Part shown: piece by piece, positions 26,815-36,608 of the stretch | Position numbering within the stretch: the stretch's first letter is position 1 | How the letters are laid out: each line of letters starts with the position of its first letter | Virus record (IMG/VR): IMGVR_UViG_3300031416_000004 | Direction: 5' to 3' (one strand) | Length of the DNA: 64,000 nucleotides | Source of the DNA: an uncultured virus (IMG/VR IMGVR_UViG_3300031416_000004) | Taxonomy: Duplodnaviria; Heunggongvirae; Uroviricota; Caudoviricetes | Program-made: the position numbers and the translations under genes | The notes under the pieces: model-generated | The model's input: only the letters and a program-made list of their open reading frames with translations | Databases searched by the model: none | What the model was told of the DNA's origin: nothing

Positions 26815-27098
26815 TCTCTTGCCAGTTTCCCGAGGATCCAGTTGTTGTTCCCCTTGTTGCCGCACTTCATGCAGCGAAGCTTCGGCCGCAACTGGTTCAG
26901 GAAGACATTGGTGCCAAAGCGCCGGATCAGCTGGTGGCGGTCCAACCACCCCTCCCGTTCACATCGAGAGCATCTGCCACCGAAAACATACCACTCCGGA
27001 TACGCATTCAGCGTCGGATACAGGTCGCGGCTAACCGTCCCTTCGTAAATCACGCGAAAGGAATCCGGAACGAGATTTATGCCGCGACGGTGGTTCAT
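26811..27098 (-). CDS. Zinc-ribbon protein with LexA box at its start
   Basis: CSRC...CMKC; GAAC-N7-GAAC immediately upstream. Confidence 0.7.
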   Translation of the reverse strand: MNHRRGINLVPDSFRVIYEGTVSRDLYPTLNAYPEWYVFGGRCSRCEREGWLDRHQLIRRFGTNVFLNQLRPKLRCMKCGNKGNNNWILGKLARD

Positions 27099-27113
27099 GT
27101 TCTTATTTTGTTC
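27099..27113. promoter_or_regulatory. Alphaproteobacterial LexA (SOS) box
   Basis: GTTCTTATTTTGTTC = GTTC-N7-GTTC. Confidence 0.75.
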
Positions 27114-27206
27114 GCATGAGCGAGCGAGAGTCAAGAGGTGTCGAACCATCTTGACAATATCAACAAAAAGTTGATTATCTGGTTAACGCAAAAACAGGAA
27201 CAGAAG

Positions 27207-27824
27207 ATGACCAAGGGTCAGCGAGTCCAATGGAATGAAGGAAACATAGCCACGGCCAGTAAGCTGTGGGCAGGCGGGAAGTCCATAACCGACCTGGCAA
27301 CGTATTTCCATGTCAGCCGCAGCACAGTCTCCGGAATGATCATGCGCAACCGGGACAAGTTTGATAACCGCTCAAGATCGAGACACCCTCGTATCAAGTG
27401 GAGCGAGGAACAGATCGAACGGGCTTCCGCGCTCTGGAAAGAAGGTCTGTCGGTCAGAGAGATCGCCGAAGACCTGGGTGTTCCCGTCACCACGGCGAAC
27501 TCGGTTGTCTATCGTAATCACAAAGACCGTTTCCCGGCCAGATCGATTACGCGCAAGCCTCCTAAACCTGTGGGAGCGCCTTCCGTTGCGACAGCGTTCA
27601 TCAATACCCAGGCGTCCGACCGTTACGACTTGACGCGCTACCAGATCGAGGGCACCGAACCGGTCTCGTTTTGGAAGCTATCAGGTAGCCAGTGTCACTT
27701 CCCGCTCGAACGTTTTGAGGCTGTGAGCGGACCCGAGACGCCGTGTTGCGGCCAGCGCTCGGAAGACGGCGCCGCCTATTGCAGCACTCACCGGAAGCTC
27801 ATGCACGAGGTGCGGGTGCGATGA
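27207..27824 (+). CDS. gcrA: GcrA-family regulator with duplicated N-terminal HTH
   Basis: Two W....(L)W..G.S...[LI]A repeats; C-terminal L...QCHFP...CG......YC.TH. Confidence 0.8.
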   Translation: MTKGQRVQWNEGNIATASKLWAGGKSITDLATYFHVSRSTVSGMIMRNRDKFDNRSRSRHPRIKWSEEQIERASALWKEGLSVREIAEDLGVPVTTANSVVYRNHKDRFPARSITRKPPKPVGAPSVATAFINTQASDRYDLTRYQIEGTEPVSFWKLSGSQCHFPLERFEAVSGPETPCCGQRSEDGAAYCSTHRKLMHEVRVR

Positions 27825-28216
27825 CCCAACCGTTCAGTCTTGTGGAGTATATGCGCGATATGACCGAACAGGTCGGAAGATGCATGGGGATCAGCTACGA
27901 TATGCTTTCCAGTGAAATCGAGCGATCGACAGCCAGTGCTACTTTCATCTGTCGGGAGCAACAGCGTGCGAGGGTTTTCAGCCAACGGCGGGAGATACAG
28001 CCGGTGATCCATAGGATTTTCGGCAACTATCTCGACGAAATGGCCTCTCCGCGGCAGCCTCATACAGGCGACATGCAGACAATGCTCGATGACATCGATC
28101 GAGTTGAATCCTTGCCAGCGATCCGGACGGCAGAAATCATTGGGAAGGCGAAACGCCGTATCGCCAAAACCTTTCAGGATGATTTTGATCGCATGCTATT
28201 GGGGGCTTTCCGATGA
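27821..28216 (+). CDS. Hypothetical protein with portal-like segment
   Basis: GISYDMLS resembles GVSYEQLS of the phage portal. Confidence 0.6.
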   Translation: MTQPFSLVEYMRDMTEQVGRCMGISYDMLSSEIERSTASATFICREQQRARVFSQRREIQPVIHRIFGNYLDEMASPRQPHTGDMQTMLDDIDRVESLPAIRTAEIIGKAKRRIAKTFQDDFDRMLLGAFR

Positions 28217-28467
28217 ACCTCCCGATCACAAGCGGTAGAGAGCGCCTGCCATTGGAAATGCAAGCCTACTACGTGTGGTGCGGCGCCAGTTCGGGCCGGA
28301 ACTACGCTCGGTCGGACGACCCTGACACCAGACTAAGGGCATACGCTCGACTGGAACACCTTGCTCGCGTTGAGAGCGAGAAGTTCCCTTCACTCACACG
28401 GGTGGCGCAAGATGCTGCCCGCGATATCAACCGTTTGTTGTCGATGCATGAGAGAGGTATCGGATGA
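28213..28467 (+). CDS. Hypothetical protein
   Basis: ATGA-coupled. Confidence 0.55.
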   Translation: MNLPITSGRERLPLEMQAYYVWCGASSGRNYARSDDPDTRLRAYARLEHLARVESEKFPSLTRVAQDAARDINRLLSMHERGIG

Positions 28468-28628
28468 AGATCACCTACGAAGATCGGGGCAGTAACGTGT
28501 TCACCAACGTCTCCTACGCCGACGAAAATGGTGTGCCCATGTACAGCCGGTTCGGAGAATACATGACCAAGGGTCAGGTGGAAAATTACCTGACATGGGC
28601 TCGAAAGAACGATCGGAATGCCAAATGA
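28464..28628 (+). CDS. 54-aa hypothetical protein
   Basis: GAGG RBS; coupled on both sides. Confidence 0.55.
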   Translation: MKITYEDRGSNVFTNVSYADENGVPMYSRFGEYMTKGQVENYLTWARKNDRNAK

Positions 28629-29032
28629 TCGCCTGGATCGTCAAACTGCTCACCGGCTCCGTGGTCGATCGGCTGACCGGTCTCTACGAAAAGAAGCTGC
28701 AGGCCGATGGCGCCGCGCAGAAGCTGGCCGCCGAATTCGCCGTCAAGCAGATCGAAGCCGATCTCGAAGTGCGGCAGAACGCCAAGGAAATCCGACTGGC
28801 GACCGCAGGGTTTTGGGAAATGCGCACCATCACGTTCCTCATCGCCCTCCCCTTCGTCATCCATCTGTGGGCGGTCGGACTTGATACGATCTTCATGTTC
28901 GGCTGGCGGATTCCGGCTTACCCAAAACCTTTCGATGAATGGCAGGGTGTTATCCTGCTTTCGTTCTTCGGTGTGCAGGTGGCCGGCAAGGCGATGGACA
29001 CGCTGGCTTTCATATTCCGCGGCAAAAAATAA
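28625..29032 (+). CDS. Holin-like membrane protein
   Basis: Amphipathic N-terminus, coiled segment, TM helices, LSFFG, basic tail. Confidence 0.55.
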   Translation: MIAWIVKLLTGSVVDRLTGLYEKKLQADGAAQKLAAEFAVKQIEADLEVRQNAKEIRLATAGFWEMRTITFLIALPFVIHLWAVGLDTIFMFGWRIPAYPKPFDEWQGVILLSFFGVQVAGKAMDTLAFIFRGKK

Positions 29033-29106
29033 CCATTGACCGCATTTTAATAATCAACTATTTGTTGATTTAACCAATCAAACCCTGACCTGAAAGGAAA
29101 TACAAA

Positions 29107-29505
29107 ATGAGCATTTTCGACAAACTCGCGGGTGGCGATTTCGTCAGCACTTTCCGCTTCGGCGCACCACTTGGTGATGCTGCCTCTATCGACCGCCGCC
29201 TTACCACCATCGCGCAGATCACACGCGGCAAAGGCTTCCGGCTTTACCCCGGTAAACCGGTTCGCACTGTCGGCGGCAAGACGCGGTCCGAGCGTAAGGG
29301 AAAACGGACCGAGCGCGCAAACGCAGCGACCGCCACCTACCACGCCAATCTGCATAAGGCTCGCGATCTCGGTCTGATCGGCATCGCCTACGTTTCGCCT
29401 GATCGCGTGGCAAAGCTTCTTTCCGAACATGCAGGTGTTCCCGCGAAGGTCAAAAAGCCTCGCGCCAAGAAGGTTACGGCAGGTGTCGACGTCGTTTCCG
29501 CTTAA
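29107..29505 (+). CDS. Basic hypothetical protein
   Basis: AAGGA RBS; operator upstream. Confidence 0.7.
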   Translation: MSIFDKLAGGDFVSTFRFGAPLGDAASIDRRLTTIAQITRGKGFRLYPGKPVRTVGGKTRSERKGKRTERANAATATYHANLHKARDLGLIGIAYVSPDRVAKLLSEHAGVPAKVKKPRAKKVTAGVDVVSA

Positions 29506-29538
29506 CTAGCAAATCAACCATTTGTGGATACCCTGATC

Positions 29539-30072
29539 ATGAATCGCAAAACTCTGACCATCGTCGCAATCGCATCGTCGGTTTTCCTCGCGGCCTGCGA
29601 GCCCGCCAAGCCGACATCCACGCAGATCAACGCCAAAAGCGTGGAAGCCAACCAGCAGCGGCTCATGACCGCTATTCCCGCGCCAGTGCTCGACACCTCA
29701 CTCGAACGCCAGAATCTCGTCGAGCGTCTGAAGCGTATCAACCAACAGAACATGAGCGGCTACATCTATCTGCTCAGCTATGGTCGCGTAGTCGCCTCTT
29801 ACCCGATCCGCGGGAAGGTAACCTCCCTCAATGCTTATCTCATGGCCGGCGAAGCGCCGCAGAACGATCCTGTCGGTACGTTGGACGGCCGCCAGTCGCT
29901 CATGATCGAGCAGCCGGATTACGACGGGGCTTACGGCAAGAACGCCGATGGCATTTTCTTTTTCACGGCTGACTCCAACGCCTACGTCGAATGGGCAGGA
30001 CAATACCTGTTCAGCGATCAGCCGCTCCGTCTCAACCAGGAACCCCTGATGGTTCGCAGCGTCGACAAGTAG
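29539..30072 (+). CDS. Lipoprotein
   Basis: Signal peptide with FLAAC lipobox. Confidence 0.8.
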   Translation: MNRKTLTIVAIASSVFLAACEPAKPTSTQINAKSVEANQQRLMTAIPAPVLDTSLERQNLVERLKRINQQNMSGYIYLLSYGRVVASYPIRGKVTSLNAYLMAGEAPQNDPVGTLDGRQSLMIEQPDYDGAYGKNADGIFFFTADSNAYVEWAGQYLFSDQPLRLNQEPLMVRSVDK

Positions 30073-30095
30073 GCGCCAGTAGAAAGGAAAGTTCC

Positions 30096-30551
30096 ATGTC
30101 TTGGGAAGAACGTTTTGAGAAGAAACCGCGCCGAACCGCCTTCAATGTCGGCGCCTCCATCATCTTGGTGTGCACCGCGCTCGGTCTCGTGGGTATGGTT
30201 GCGTCCATTTTGACCGCTCCCGCACGATCGGTAACCGGGATCGTCAATCGCACGCTCGATTCCGATAACGTGATAGCTAATTACGAGTGGTTCAAGCGTC
30301 AGAAGCAGGACGTGAAGGCGATCGATGTCAGGCTCGAAGCATCCCGCAATGCGGTGAAGTCTTTCGAAACAAGCGCTGGTCCGCGCACAGCATGGACGTT
30401 CGAAGACAAGCAGGAATCTAGCCGACTGAACAGCATCGTCCTCGGTTTAGAAGGCCAGCGCGCCTCCATGGTGGCCGAATACAACGCTCGAACGCAGATG
30501 ATGAACCGTGATCTCTTCCGCACCAGCGATCTCCCCGCAGAACTTCGTTGA
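30096..30551 (+). CDS. Membrane-anchored coiled-coil protein
   Basis: AAGGA RBS; one TM helix. Confidence 0.7.
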   Translation: MSWEERFEKKPRRTAFNVGASIILVCTALGLVGMVASILTAPARSVTGIVNRTLDSDNVIANYEWFKRQKQDVKAIDVRLEASRNAVKSFETSAGPRTAWTFEDKQESSRLNSIVLGLEGQRASMVAEYNARTQMMNRDLFRTSDLPAELR

Positions 30552-30615
30552 CGGCTTCGGTCACCGGCAGGTCAGAGATGCCGGATTCCCAACCCGCCAC
30601 CAAGGAACCCTGACC

Positions 30616-31191
30616 ATGGATGAGCAACGCATTCAGATGATCATCGACAATAGCTTCAAAAACTTCCACGCGAAGGGACTGGACTATATCTGCCTGAAAC
30701 GAACGCCGGAGCACACACGGAAGGCGTACTTCCTGAACGGTGATGTGACGAAGCTACCCGACGTGGTTAACCCGCACGATCATCGCTACCACTTCGATAC
30801 GACCGTTATTTGTGGGACGATGTCGAACTCCCGATACCTTGAGAGTGACAATGGTGTTCTCTACCAACAATTCGAATGGCGCACGCCTCTAAACGGTGGT
30901 GACGGCTTCACTTGGGTCAAGGAAGCACGACTCGAAGAAATCACTCGTGCCACTCACATGTCAGGTCAAAAATACCGCATGATGGCCGACGAATTTCACA
31001 CCATCCGCATGCACTCGGATCAGGTGATCATCATCCTCGATCAGTATGAAGACGTGGTGGCTGTTGATCAGCCCACGCTCACTTTCATGCAATCCGATAA
31101 GGCGCCAGACCTCAACGGCCTGTACGAGCGCTTCACTGCGGACGATGTCTTCGATCGCCTGGCCGTTCTTCGCGATTTCGGTATCGAGTAA
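30616..31191 (+). CDS. Hypothetical protein, cupin-like His motifs
   Basis: PHDHRYHF...FHTI. Confidence 0.6.
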   Translation: MDEQRIQMIIDNSFKNFHAKGLDYICLKRTPEHTRKAYFLNGDVTKLPDVVNPHDHRYHFDTTVICGTMSNSRYLESDNGVLYQQFEWRTPLNGGDGFTWVKEARLEEITRATHMSGQKYRMMADEFHTIRMHSDQVIIILDQYEDVVAVDQPTLTFMQSDKAPDLNGLYERFTADDVFDRLAVLRDFGIE

Positions 31192-31221
31192 AATCAACCA
31201 TTTGTAGAGAAAGCCCTGACC

Positions 31222-31788
31222 ATGATCTCCCACATCCGAGAAATGCAGAAACGCATCCATACCCTGAACCACCGCTGGTGGCACGACGAGGCCGGCAATC
31301 GGCTCGATCGCAACAAGGGTGAGCTCATTTGTCTGTTTCATTCTGAGGTGTCCGAAGCCACCGAAGGCGCCCTCACCAACGCCATGGACGACAAGCTTCC
31401 GCATCGCCGGATGGACGAAGTGGAGATGGCTGACACCTACATCCGCGTTCTGGATTACGCGGAAGGGTTTGGGCACGATCTGGAATCGGCCGAGATTACG
31501 GTATTTCCGGGCTGCCGCGGCTATTTCTACAATAGCTCCGATGAAGGCAAGCTCTCGCAGCACGCAATCATCCACATGCATCTCAGCAAGGCGATGGAGT
31601 GCGAGCGGAAGGGTAACACCGCTGATGTCGCTAGATGGCTCAATGGCGCACTTCATCTCATTGAGCAGTATTGCACCATTCACCGTCACGACCTGTTCGT
31701 CGCCATCGGCGAAAAGCTTGTATTCAACCAGCAGCGCCAGGACCACACCTATGAAGCCCGTGCGCAGACCAACGGCAAGAAGTGGTGA
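31222..31788 (+). CDS. MazG-like nucleoside triphosphate pyrophosphohydrolase
   Basis: HSEVSEATE...EVEMADTYIRVLD. Confidence 0.8.
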   Translation: MISHIREMQKRIHTLNHRWWHDEAGNRLDRNKGELICLFHSEVSEATEGALTNAMDDKLPHRRMDEVEMADTYIRVLDYAEGFGHDLESAEITVFPGCRGYFYNSSDEGKLSQHAIIHMHLSKAMECERKGNTADVARWLNGALHLIEQYCTIHRHDLFVAIGEKLVFNQQRQDHTYEARAQTNGKKW

Positions 31789-32378
31789 CGGTGATGGAGA
31801 CCGCAGATTTCAAAATGGTCAGTGGGACCGGCGACTGGATCCAGACTTTCAGCGGCAGACAGTTCTGGCCGCTCGATCCAAAGCCCGAACACGTCCATAT
31901 CGTCGATGTAGCGCATGCGCTCTCACATCTCTGCCGGTATGCAGGCCACTGCACGAAGTTTTATAGCGTGGCCGAGCATTCTCTTTTGCTCACGTGGGCT
32001 CTCAGACGTGATGGCTACTCCGACGATGTGCAAAGGTGGGCACTAATGCACGACGCGCCGGAAGCCTACGTTGTCGATATGCCGCGTCCTATCAAGCGCA
32101 GGATGAGGGAATACAAAGCGATCGAAAACATGGTGGAAACCGCCGTGGCAGTGCGGTTCGGCCTACCCTTGGTCATTCCAGATATCGTTCATGAATACGA
32201 TTCTCGCATCTGCAACGACGAGCGGAGATACATGATGAACCCATGTGTTGTTGATTGGGGTGACATGGGAGCGCCATTGGACGTGCGGCCGTTTTTCTTC
32301 GATTCAAAATCGGTCAAAACGCACTTCCTCACTGAGTTCGACATCCTCTTTCCGTCTGTAAAATCCACTTTTTGTTGA
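31782..32378 (+). CDS. HD-domain 5'-deoxynucleotidase (YfbR-like)
   Basis: AHALS..CRY.GH...YSVAEHS...[10 protein letters not shown]. Confidence 0.85.
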   Translation: MVTVMETADFKMVSGTGDWIQTFSGRQFWPLDPKPEHVHIVDVAHALSHLCRYAGHCTKFYSVAEHSLLLTWALRRDGYSDDVQRWALMHDAPEAYVVDMPRPIKRRMREYKAIENMVETAVAVRFGLPLVIPDIVHEYDSRICNDERRYMMNPCVVDWGDMGAPLDVRPFFFDSKSVKTHFLTEFDILFPSVKSTFC

Positions 32379-32391
32379 AGGATTAACCCTG

Positions 32392-33216
32392 ATGAATAAC
32401 GTCGACAACCAATACATCGACACGCTGCGAAATCTATTGGTCAATGGTGTCTATCGTGAAGGCCGGAATGGCGGCACTTACGGTCTGTTCGGTCACCAGA
32501 TGCGCTTCAATCTGGCTGATGGCTTTCCGCTGCTGACCACGAAGAAGGTTCACTTCCGCTCGATCCTCGTTGAACTTCTCTGGTTCCTCCGTGGCGACAC
32601 CAACGTCAAATTCTTGCACGATCACGGCGTCACTATTTGGGATGAATGGGCTGACGAAAAAGGCGAACTCGGGCCGGTGTACGGGGCACAGTGGCGTGCC
32701 TGGCAAACATACAGTGCTGTAGGTGACCTGTCGATTATCGACCAGATCGCCAATCTCGTAGAGGGCATTAAGAAAGACCCTCACGGTCGCCGGCATATCG
32801 TGACTGCATGGAATCCGGCCGAAATCGAAAACATGGCATTGCCCCCATGTCACTGTCTGTTTCAGTTCCATGTCGCCAAGGGTAAACTCTCCTGCCAACT
32901 TTATCAGCGGTCCGCCGACTGGTTCTTGGGTGTGCCTTTCAACATCGCCAGTTACGCACTGTTGACCCATCTGGTGGCGCGAGAAACAGGGCTTGAAGTC
33001 GGTGACTTCGTCCACACGTTCGGTGATTTTCACCTCTACGCCAACCACGTTGATCAGGCGTGGGAGCAGGTCGATAGAGAGCCGCGTCGTCTCCCAACCC
33101 TAAAGATCATGGATTTCGGTCAATCGATCCTGGTGAAGGACGACTATGGGGTTGATGATTTTGTGCTGGAAAACTACGACCCGCACCCTGCCATCAGGGC
33201 CGCAGTGTCGAAATGA
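32392..33216 (+). CDS. thyA: Thymidylate synthase
   Basis: [38 protein letters not shown]. Confidence 0.95.
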   Translation: MNNVDNQYIDTLRNLLVNGVYREGRNGGTYGLFGHQMRFNLADGFPLLTTKKVHFRSILVELLWFLRGDTNVKFLHDHGVTIWDEWADEKGELGPVYGAQWRAWQTYSAVGDLSIIDQIANLVEGIKKDPHGRRHIVTAWNPAEIENMALPPCHCLFQFHVAKGKLSCQLYQRSADWFLGVPFNIASYALLTHLVARETGLEVGDFVHTFGDFHLYANHVDQAWEQVDREPRRLPTLKIMDFGQSILVKDDYGVDDFVLENYDPHPAIRAAVSK

Positions 33217-33500
33217 CCTACGACCGCAACTCCACCTTGACCAATGCGCAGCCGGATCAACCATGGACGGCAGACCGGCTGCTGAACCTCATTGGGTCCA
33301 TACCGCCTGATCCCCCTGATCCCCTTAACGGCGCCACCACGCTCTACGTGCATCCAGATCGTATCAGTGACGCAGACCGGATCAACGAGGCTGCCGGTGG
33401 TCGCCTTCACATTCAAACCAGCAAACTCGCATCGCCAAAAGTCATTGCCGGATTCAAGGGTGACGACTGTGTGGTGATCATCGGAACGGAGAAACCATGA
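33213..33500 (+). CDS. Hypothetical protein
   Basis: Coupled ORF. Confidence 0.55.
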   Translation: MTYDRNSTLTNAQPDQPWTADRLLNLIGSIPPDPPDPLNGATTLYVHPDRISDADRINEAAGGRLHIQTSKLASPKVIAGFKGDDCVVIIGTEKP

Positions 33501-34048
33501 AGATCATTTTTATCAATGGCAAGAAGCGAGCGGGCAAGGACACGTTCGTCGGATACCTGGAGTCCTCCGCTCGCTTCCACAAAATCCGTGTTCAGGCTGT
33601 TTCATCTATCGACCCTGTGCGCGAGGCACTGGCCTCCATGGGTATCGACATCAAACAGAAAACACCTGAGTTGCGCGCCGCCATGGCAGAGATTGGAGAT
33701 GTTCTTCAAAACAGGTTCCAGTTTCGATCGAAGTGGGTTTGCATGCGCGCCCTCGATGCCGATTTGGATGCCACTCACATTTTCGTCGTCCATATGCGCG
33801 AGCCGGAAATCATTGATCAAACGATCGCTCTGCTGGCGCAATTCGATTTCCACGACATAACGAAAATCTTCATCGAATCTGATCGCGGTGACGTTGAGGA
33901 AAACAGCAACGCATCGGATCGGGATGTGTGGCGTGAGGGCTTCTATGACGAGGTGTTCCCTAACAACGGCACCGTCCAGGAATTATCGCATAAGGCCGGC
34001 GCTTTTCTGAAAAAGCTGTTTCCTGGGCGCACAGGCGTATTGCTTTAG
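33497..34048 (+). CDS. Deoxynucleoside monophosphate kinase-like P-loop protein
   Basis: IFINGKKRAGKDT; MREP; NNGT. Confidence 0.75.
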   Translation: MKIIFINGKKRAGKDTFVGYLESSARFHKIRVQAVSSIDPVREALASMGIDIKQKTPELRAAMAEIGDVLQNRFQFRSKWVCMRALDADLDATHIFVVHMREPEIIDQTIALLAQFDFHDITKIFIESDRGDVEENSNASDRDVWREGFYDEVFPNNGTVQELSHKAGAFLKKLFPGRTGVLL

Positions 34049-34097
34049 CCAAATAATCAACATATAGTTGATTAACACCACAAAAAGGAGTCGGGCC

Positions 34098-34268
34098 ATG
34101 GATGAGCCCATGTACCAGCGCATCGTGACGGAAAGTCATTTGGATGCGGAATGCCAGAAGTTCGTCGAGCGCGAGTTTCCGAAAGCCGTGCGCGCCGTGA
34201 ACCGGTTCAGCGGCAAGGTCAATCCGCCTGTCGTCAAGCCCACGGAGGGTCGTCGCGATGGCCGATAA
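34098..34268 (+). CDS. Small hypothetical protein
   Basis: AAGGAG RBS after operator. Confidence 0.55.
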   Translation: MDEPMYQRIVTESHLDAECQKFVEREFPKAVRAVNRFSGKVNPPVVKPTEGRRDGR

Positions 34269-34503
34269 CAAGGTTTTCGAACGCATCAAGAACACGATGG
34301 TCAACTGCCAGCAGTTCCCTGCCGACCTGATCACGCCGGATGCGTCGATCGACAGTCTCGGCGGCGACAGCCTGGACGACATCGAGCTCATGATCCTGCT
34401 CGAAGAAGAATTCAACATCGAGATCAACGACGGCGCGTTCAACGTGAACACGCCGATCTCGCAGATCGTAACAGCAATCGAAGGGATCATTGCCAATGGC
34501 TAA
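34258..34503 (+). CDS. acpP: Acyl carrier protein
   Basis: [24 protein letters not shown] phosphopantetheine site; 81 aa, acidic. Confidence 0.85.
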   Translation: MADNKVFERIKNTMVNCQQFPADLITPDASIDSLGGDSLDDIELMILLEEEFNIEINDGAFNVNTPISQIVTAIEGIIANG

Positions 34504-34783
34504 GATCGGTCACAACAGCGGCGATGAAGATGACATCATGGGCACCACCGAGACCGTGGCTGCCGCCGAACTGCGCCAGTTCATAGAGCGGGTCGAAAGG
34601 CTCGAAGAGGAAAAGGCGGCCATCCAGGGCGACATCAAGGATGTGCTCGGAGAAGCCAAAGGCCGTGGCTACGACACGAAGGCGATCCGCAAAATCATCG
34701 CGCTTCGCAAGAAAGATGCGAACGAGCGGATCGAGGAAGAAACCATTCTGCAGACCTACATGGCTGCACTCGGGATGGAGTGA
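34496..34783 (+). CDS. gapR: GapR (DUF2312) DNA-binding protein
   Basis: [16 protein letters not shown]...[18 protein letters not shown]. Confidence 0.92.
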   Translation: MAKIGHNSGDEDDIMGTTETVAAAELRQFIERVERLEEEKAAIQGDIKDVLGEAKGRGYDTKAIRKIIALRKKDANERIEEETILQTYMAALGME

Positions 34784-34786
34784 CCG

Positions 34787-34999
34787 ATGACCATCCGTCT
34801 TTCCCAACCGCAGGCCACCCTGCTCACCGAACTCCGCTCGGCCGGCAGCAAGGGGGTCTTCAAATCCACCGCTTACTCGCCGGCCGACAACCTCGTGACC
34901 ATCGGATATGCGAGGTGGCTGCGAAAGTACGATAACGGACGTTCCGGCTGTCTCGTTATCACGCAGAAGGGTATCGAATTCAAGGAAGGGCGCCTGTGA
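34787..34999 (+). CDS. Hypothetical protein
   Basis: GGAG RBS. Confidence 0.6.
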   Translation: MTIRLSQPQATLLTELRSAGSKGVFKSTAYSPADNLVTIGYARWLRKYDNGRSGCLVITQKGIEFKEGRL

Positions 35000-35211
35000 T
35001 GGCACAGCCGTTCTGGAAACGGGCACTTTTCGTCGCTCTCGACATCGGGTCACTCGTGGCATTGATTCTGCTTATCTCGGCTATGATCGCCGTGATTTTC
35101 ACCATCTCATCGCCAGTTCATGAGGACTATCTTTCTGTATTGCGACGGGTCACGCTTCTGAATTTGGCGTTTGTAGCAGCAAAACTGTTCTTTGGTTGGG
35201 TGCAGAAATGA
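34996..35211 (+). CDS. Small membrane protein
   Basis: Two TM helices. Confidence 0.55.
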   Translation: MMAQPFWKRALFVALDIGSLVALILLISAMIAVIFTISSPVHEDYLSVLRRVTLLNLAFVAAKLFFGWVQK

Positions 35212-35414
35212 CCCCGTCCTTCGTCGAGCGTTTGAGAGCCAGCGGGTTTACCCACATTTCGTTCGACCTGTCGAAGGCTGTCACGATCACGGCTTGGCGG
35301 AAGACGGAGCGGAAGACGTACAGCGCCAACATGGCGCCGAGCTTGGCTGCCGCGGAAGCGCATGTTCTCGCTCAACTGAAACCTGAACCTGATTTTTCGG
35401 ATGTACTCGGATGA
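35208..35414 (+). CDS. Hypothetical protein ending FSDVLG
   Basis: ATGA-coupled. Confidence 0.65.
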   Translation: MTPSFVERLRASGFTHISFDLSKAVTITAWRKTERKTYSANMAPSLAAAEAHVLAQLKPEPDFSDVLG

Positions 35415-35650
35415 GCATTGATTTTCAAAAGTCCATCACGTTCGCAATTGTGTCGGCCAAGATCGAACTCTTGGAAGAAGCGGTGCGTGCCATCCGTGAT
35501 GCACGTCAAGGATTTCTGGAAGGCGCGCTCGGCGGTGAGGACATCGACGAGCGCATTGACAGCGCGATCGAGTTGCTGCCTGAAACCGTGAAGGTCGATC
35601 GTCGAAAGAAACCCAAACCCACGGAGCCGTTCGATGACGTTCTCGGCTGA
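35411..35650 (+). CDS. Hypothetical protein ending FDDVLG
   Basis: ATGA-coupled. Confidence 0.65.
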   Translation: MSIDFQKSITFAIVSAKIELLEEAVRAIRDARQGFLEGALGGEDIDERIDSAIELLPETVKVDRRKKPKPTEPFDDVLG

Positions 35651-35918
35651 AGAACTTGTCGCCCTGCTCGATGAGGCCATGACGAACGGCGACTGGCACT
35701 CCGTGCGCATCTTCAACGGCGCGGCTGTCGGCAGTCCCGGCATTCTGGTGAGTATGGGGCGCGATCACAGTTCTTTCACTGTCGACCAGCTTTCCACCGA
35801 AGCACGGCCATCCGAGAAGCTGCTTTGGTTGCTGAGAGACAATCTGCGCCGCGGGAGTGCCGGCGCACCCGAACCAACACCGAGCGATCCTATGGCTGAT
35901 CTGCTCGAAGACATTTAG
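35634..35918 (+). CDS. Hypothetical protein ending LLEDI
   Basis: GGAG RBS. Confidence 0.6.
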   Translation: MTFSAEELVALLDEAMTNGDWHSVRIFNGAAVGSPGILVSMGRDHSSFTVDQLSTEARPSEKLLWLLRDNLRRGSAGAPEPTPSDPMADLLEDI

Positions 35919-35926
35919 GATCTGTA

Positions 35927-36607
35927 ATGCTGATAAAGAGCGGCCCGTTTAAAGACTTCCCTAAGAATGCCGCTGGTCTAATCCTCGCCGATCCAGCGTG
36001 GTCGTTTCTGACCTACAGCGGGGAATCTGTCCCGCAGCGCGCCGAGAAGCAGCATTACGAAGTGATGTCGCTGGACGATTTGAAGGCAATGCCTGTAACC
36101 GACCTTGCTGCCAAGGATTGCGCTCTGATTATGTGGGTCATCGGCTCACATCTCGACCAAGCCATTGAGCTCGGGCGCCATTGGGGTTTCACCTACAAAA
36201 CAGACCTATTCACATGGGTGAAGGTTGGCAAGAATGACCCGAAGGTTCGCCCAATCAGCCTTGGCAAATGGACGCGAAAGCAGACAGAGCAAGCCCTGAT
36301 TTTTACTAGGGGCAAGCCGAAGCGTCTCGATGCAGGTATTCGCCAACTGTTCGAAACCGATGATCATGTAATTTTTGCTGCGAAACGTGAACACAGTCGT
36401 AAGCCCGATGAACAGTATGATCGCATTGAGCGTCTTGTTGGTGGCCCATACGTTGAGTTGTTTGCGCGTCACCATCGCCCTGGCTGGATGTCTTGGGGCA
36501 ACGAAAGCGGAAAATTCGACGACCCCTTCGACGACATCCTCGGCGAAGCCATGCCCATCAAATCAACAAATAGTGGATACCAGTTCGAGGACGTTTTAGG
36601 TGGGTAG
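35927..36607 (+). CDS. MT-A70 family N6-adenine methyltransferase
   Basis: ILADPAW (DPPW variant), HY.VMS, WGF.Y, EHSRKP, ELFAR, GW.SWGNE. Confidence 0.9.
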   Translation: MLIKSGPFKDFPKNAAGLILADPAWSFLTYSGESVPQRAEKQHYEVMSLDDLKAMPVTDLAAKDCALIMWVIGSHLDQAIELGRHWGFTYKTDLFTWVKVGKNDPKVRPISLGKWTRKQTEQALIFTRGKPKRLDAGIRQLFETDDHVIFAAKREHSRKPDEQYDRIERLVGGPYVELFARHHRPGWMSWGNESGKFDDPFDDILGEAMPIKSTNSGYQFEDVLGG

Positions 36608-36608
36608 G

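Noticed and set aside
31222..33216. 2-aminoadenine (Z) or hydroxymethyl-pyrimidine pathway
   Set aside because: No PurZ-like gene seen; ThyA has canonical dUMP-type motifs
34640..34657. IKDVLG in GapR as another tag copy
   Set aside because: Lacks the Phe and lies within the conserved GapR fold
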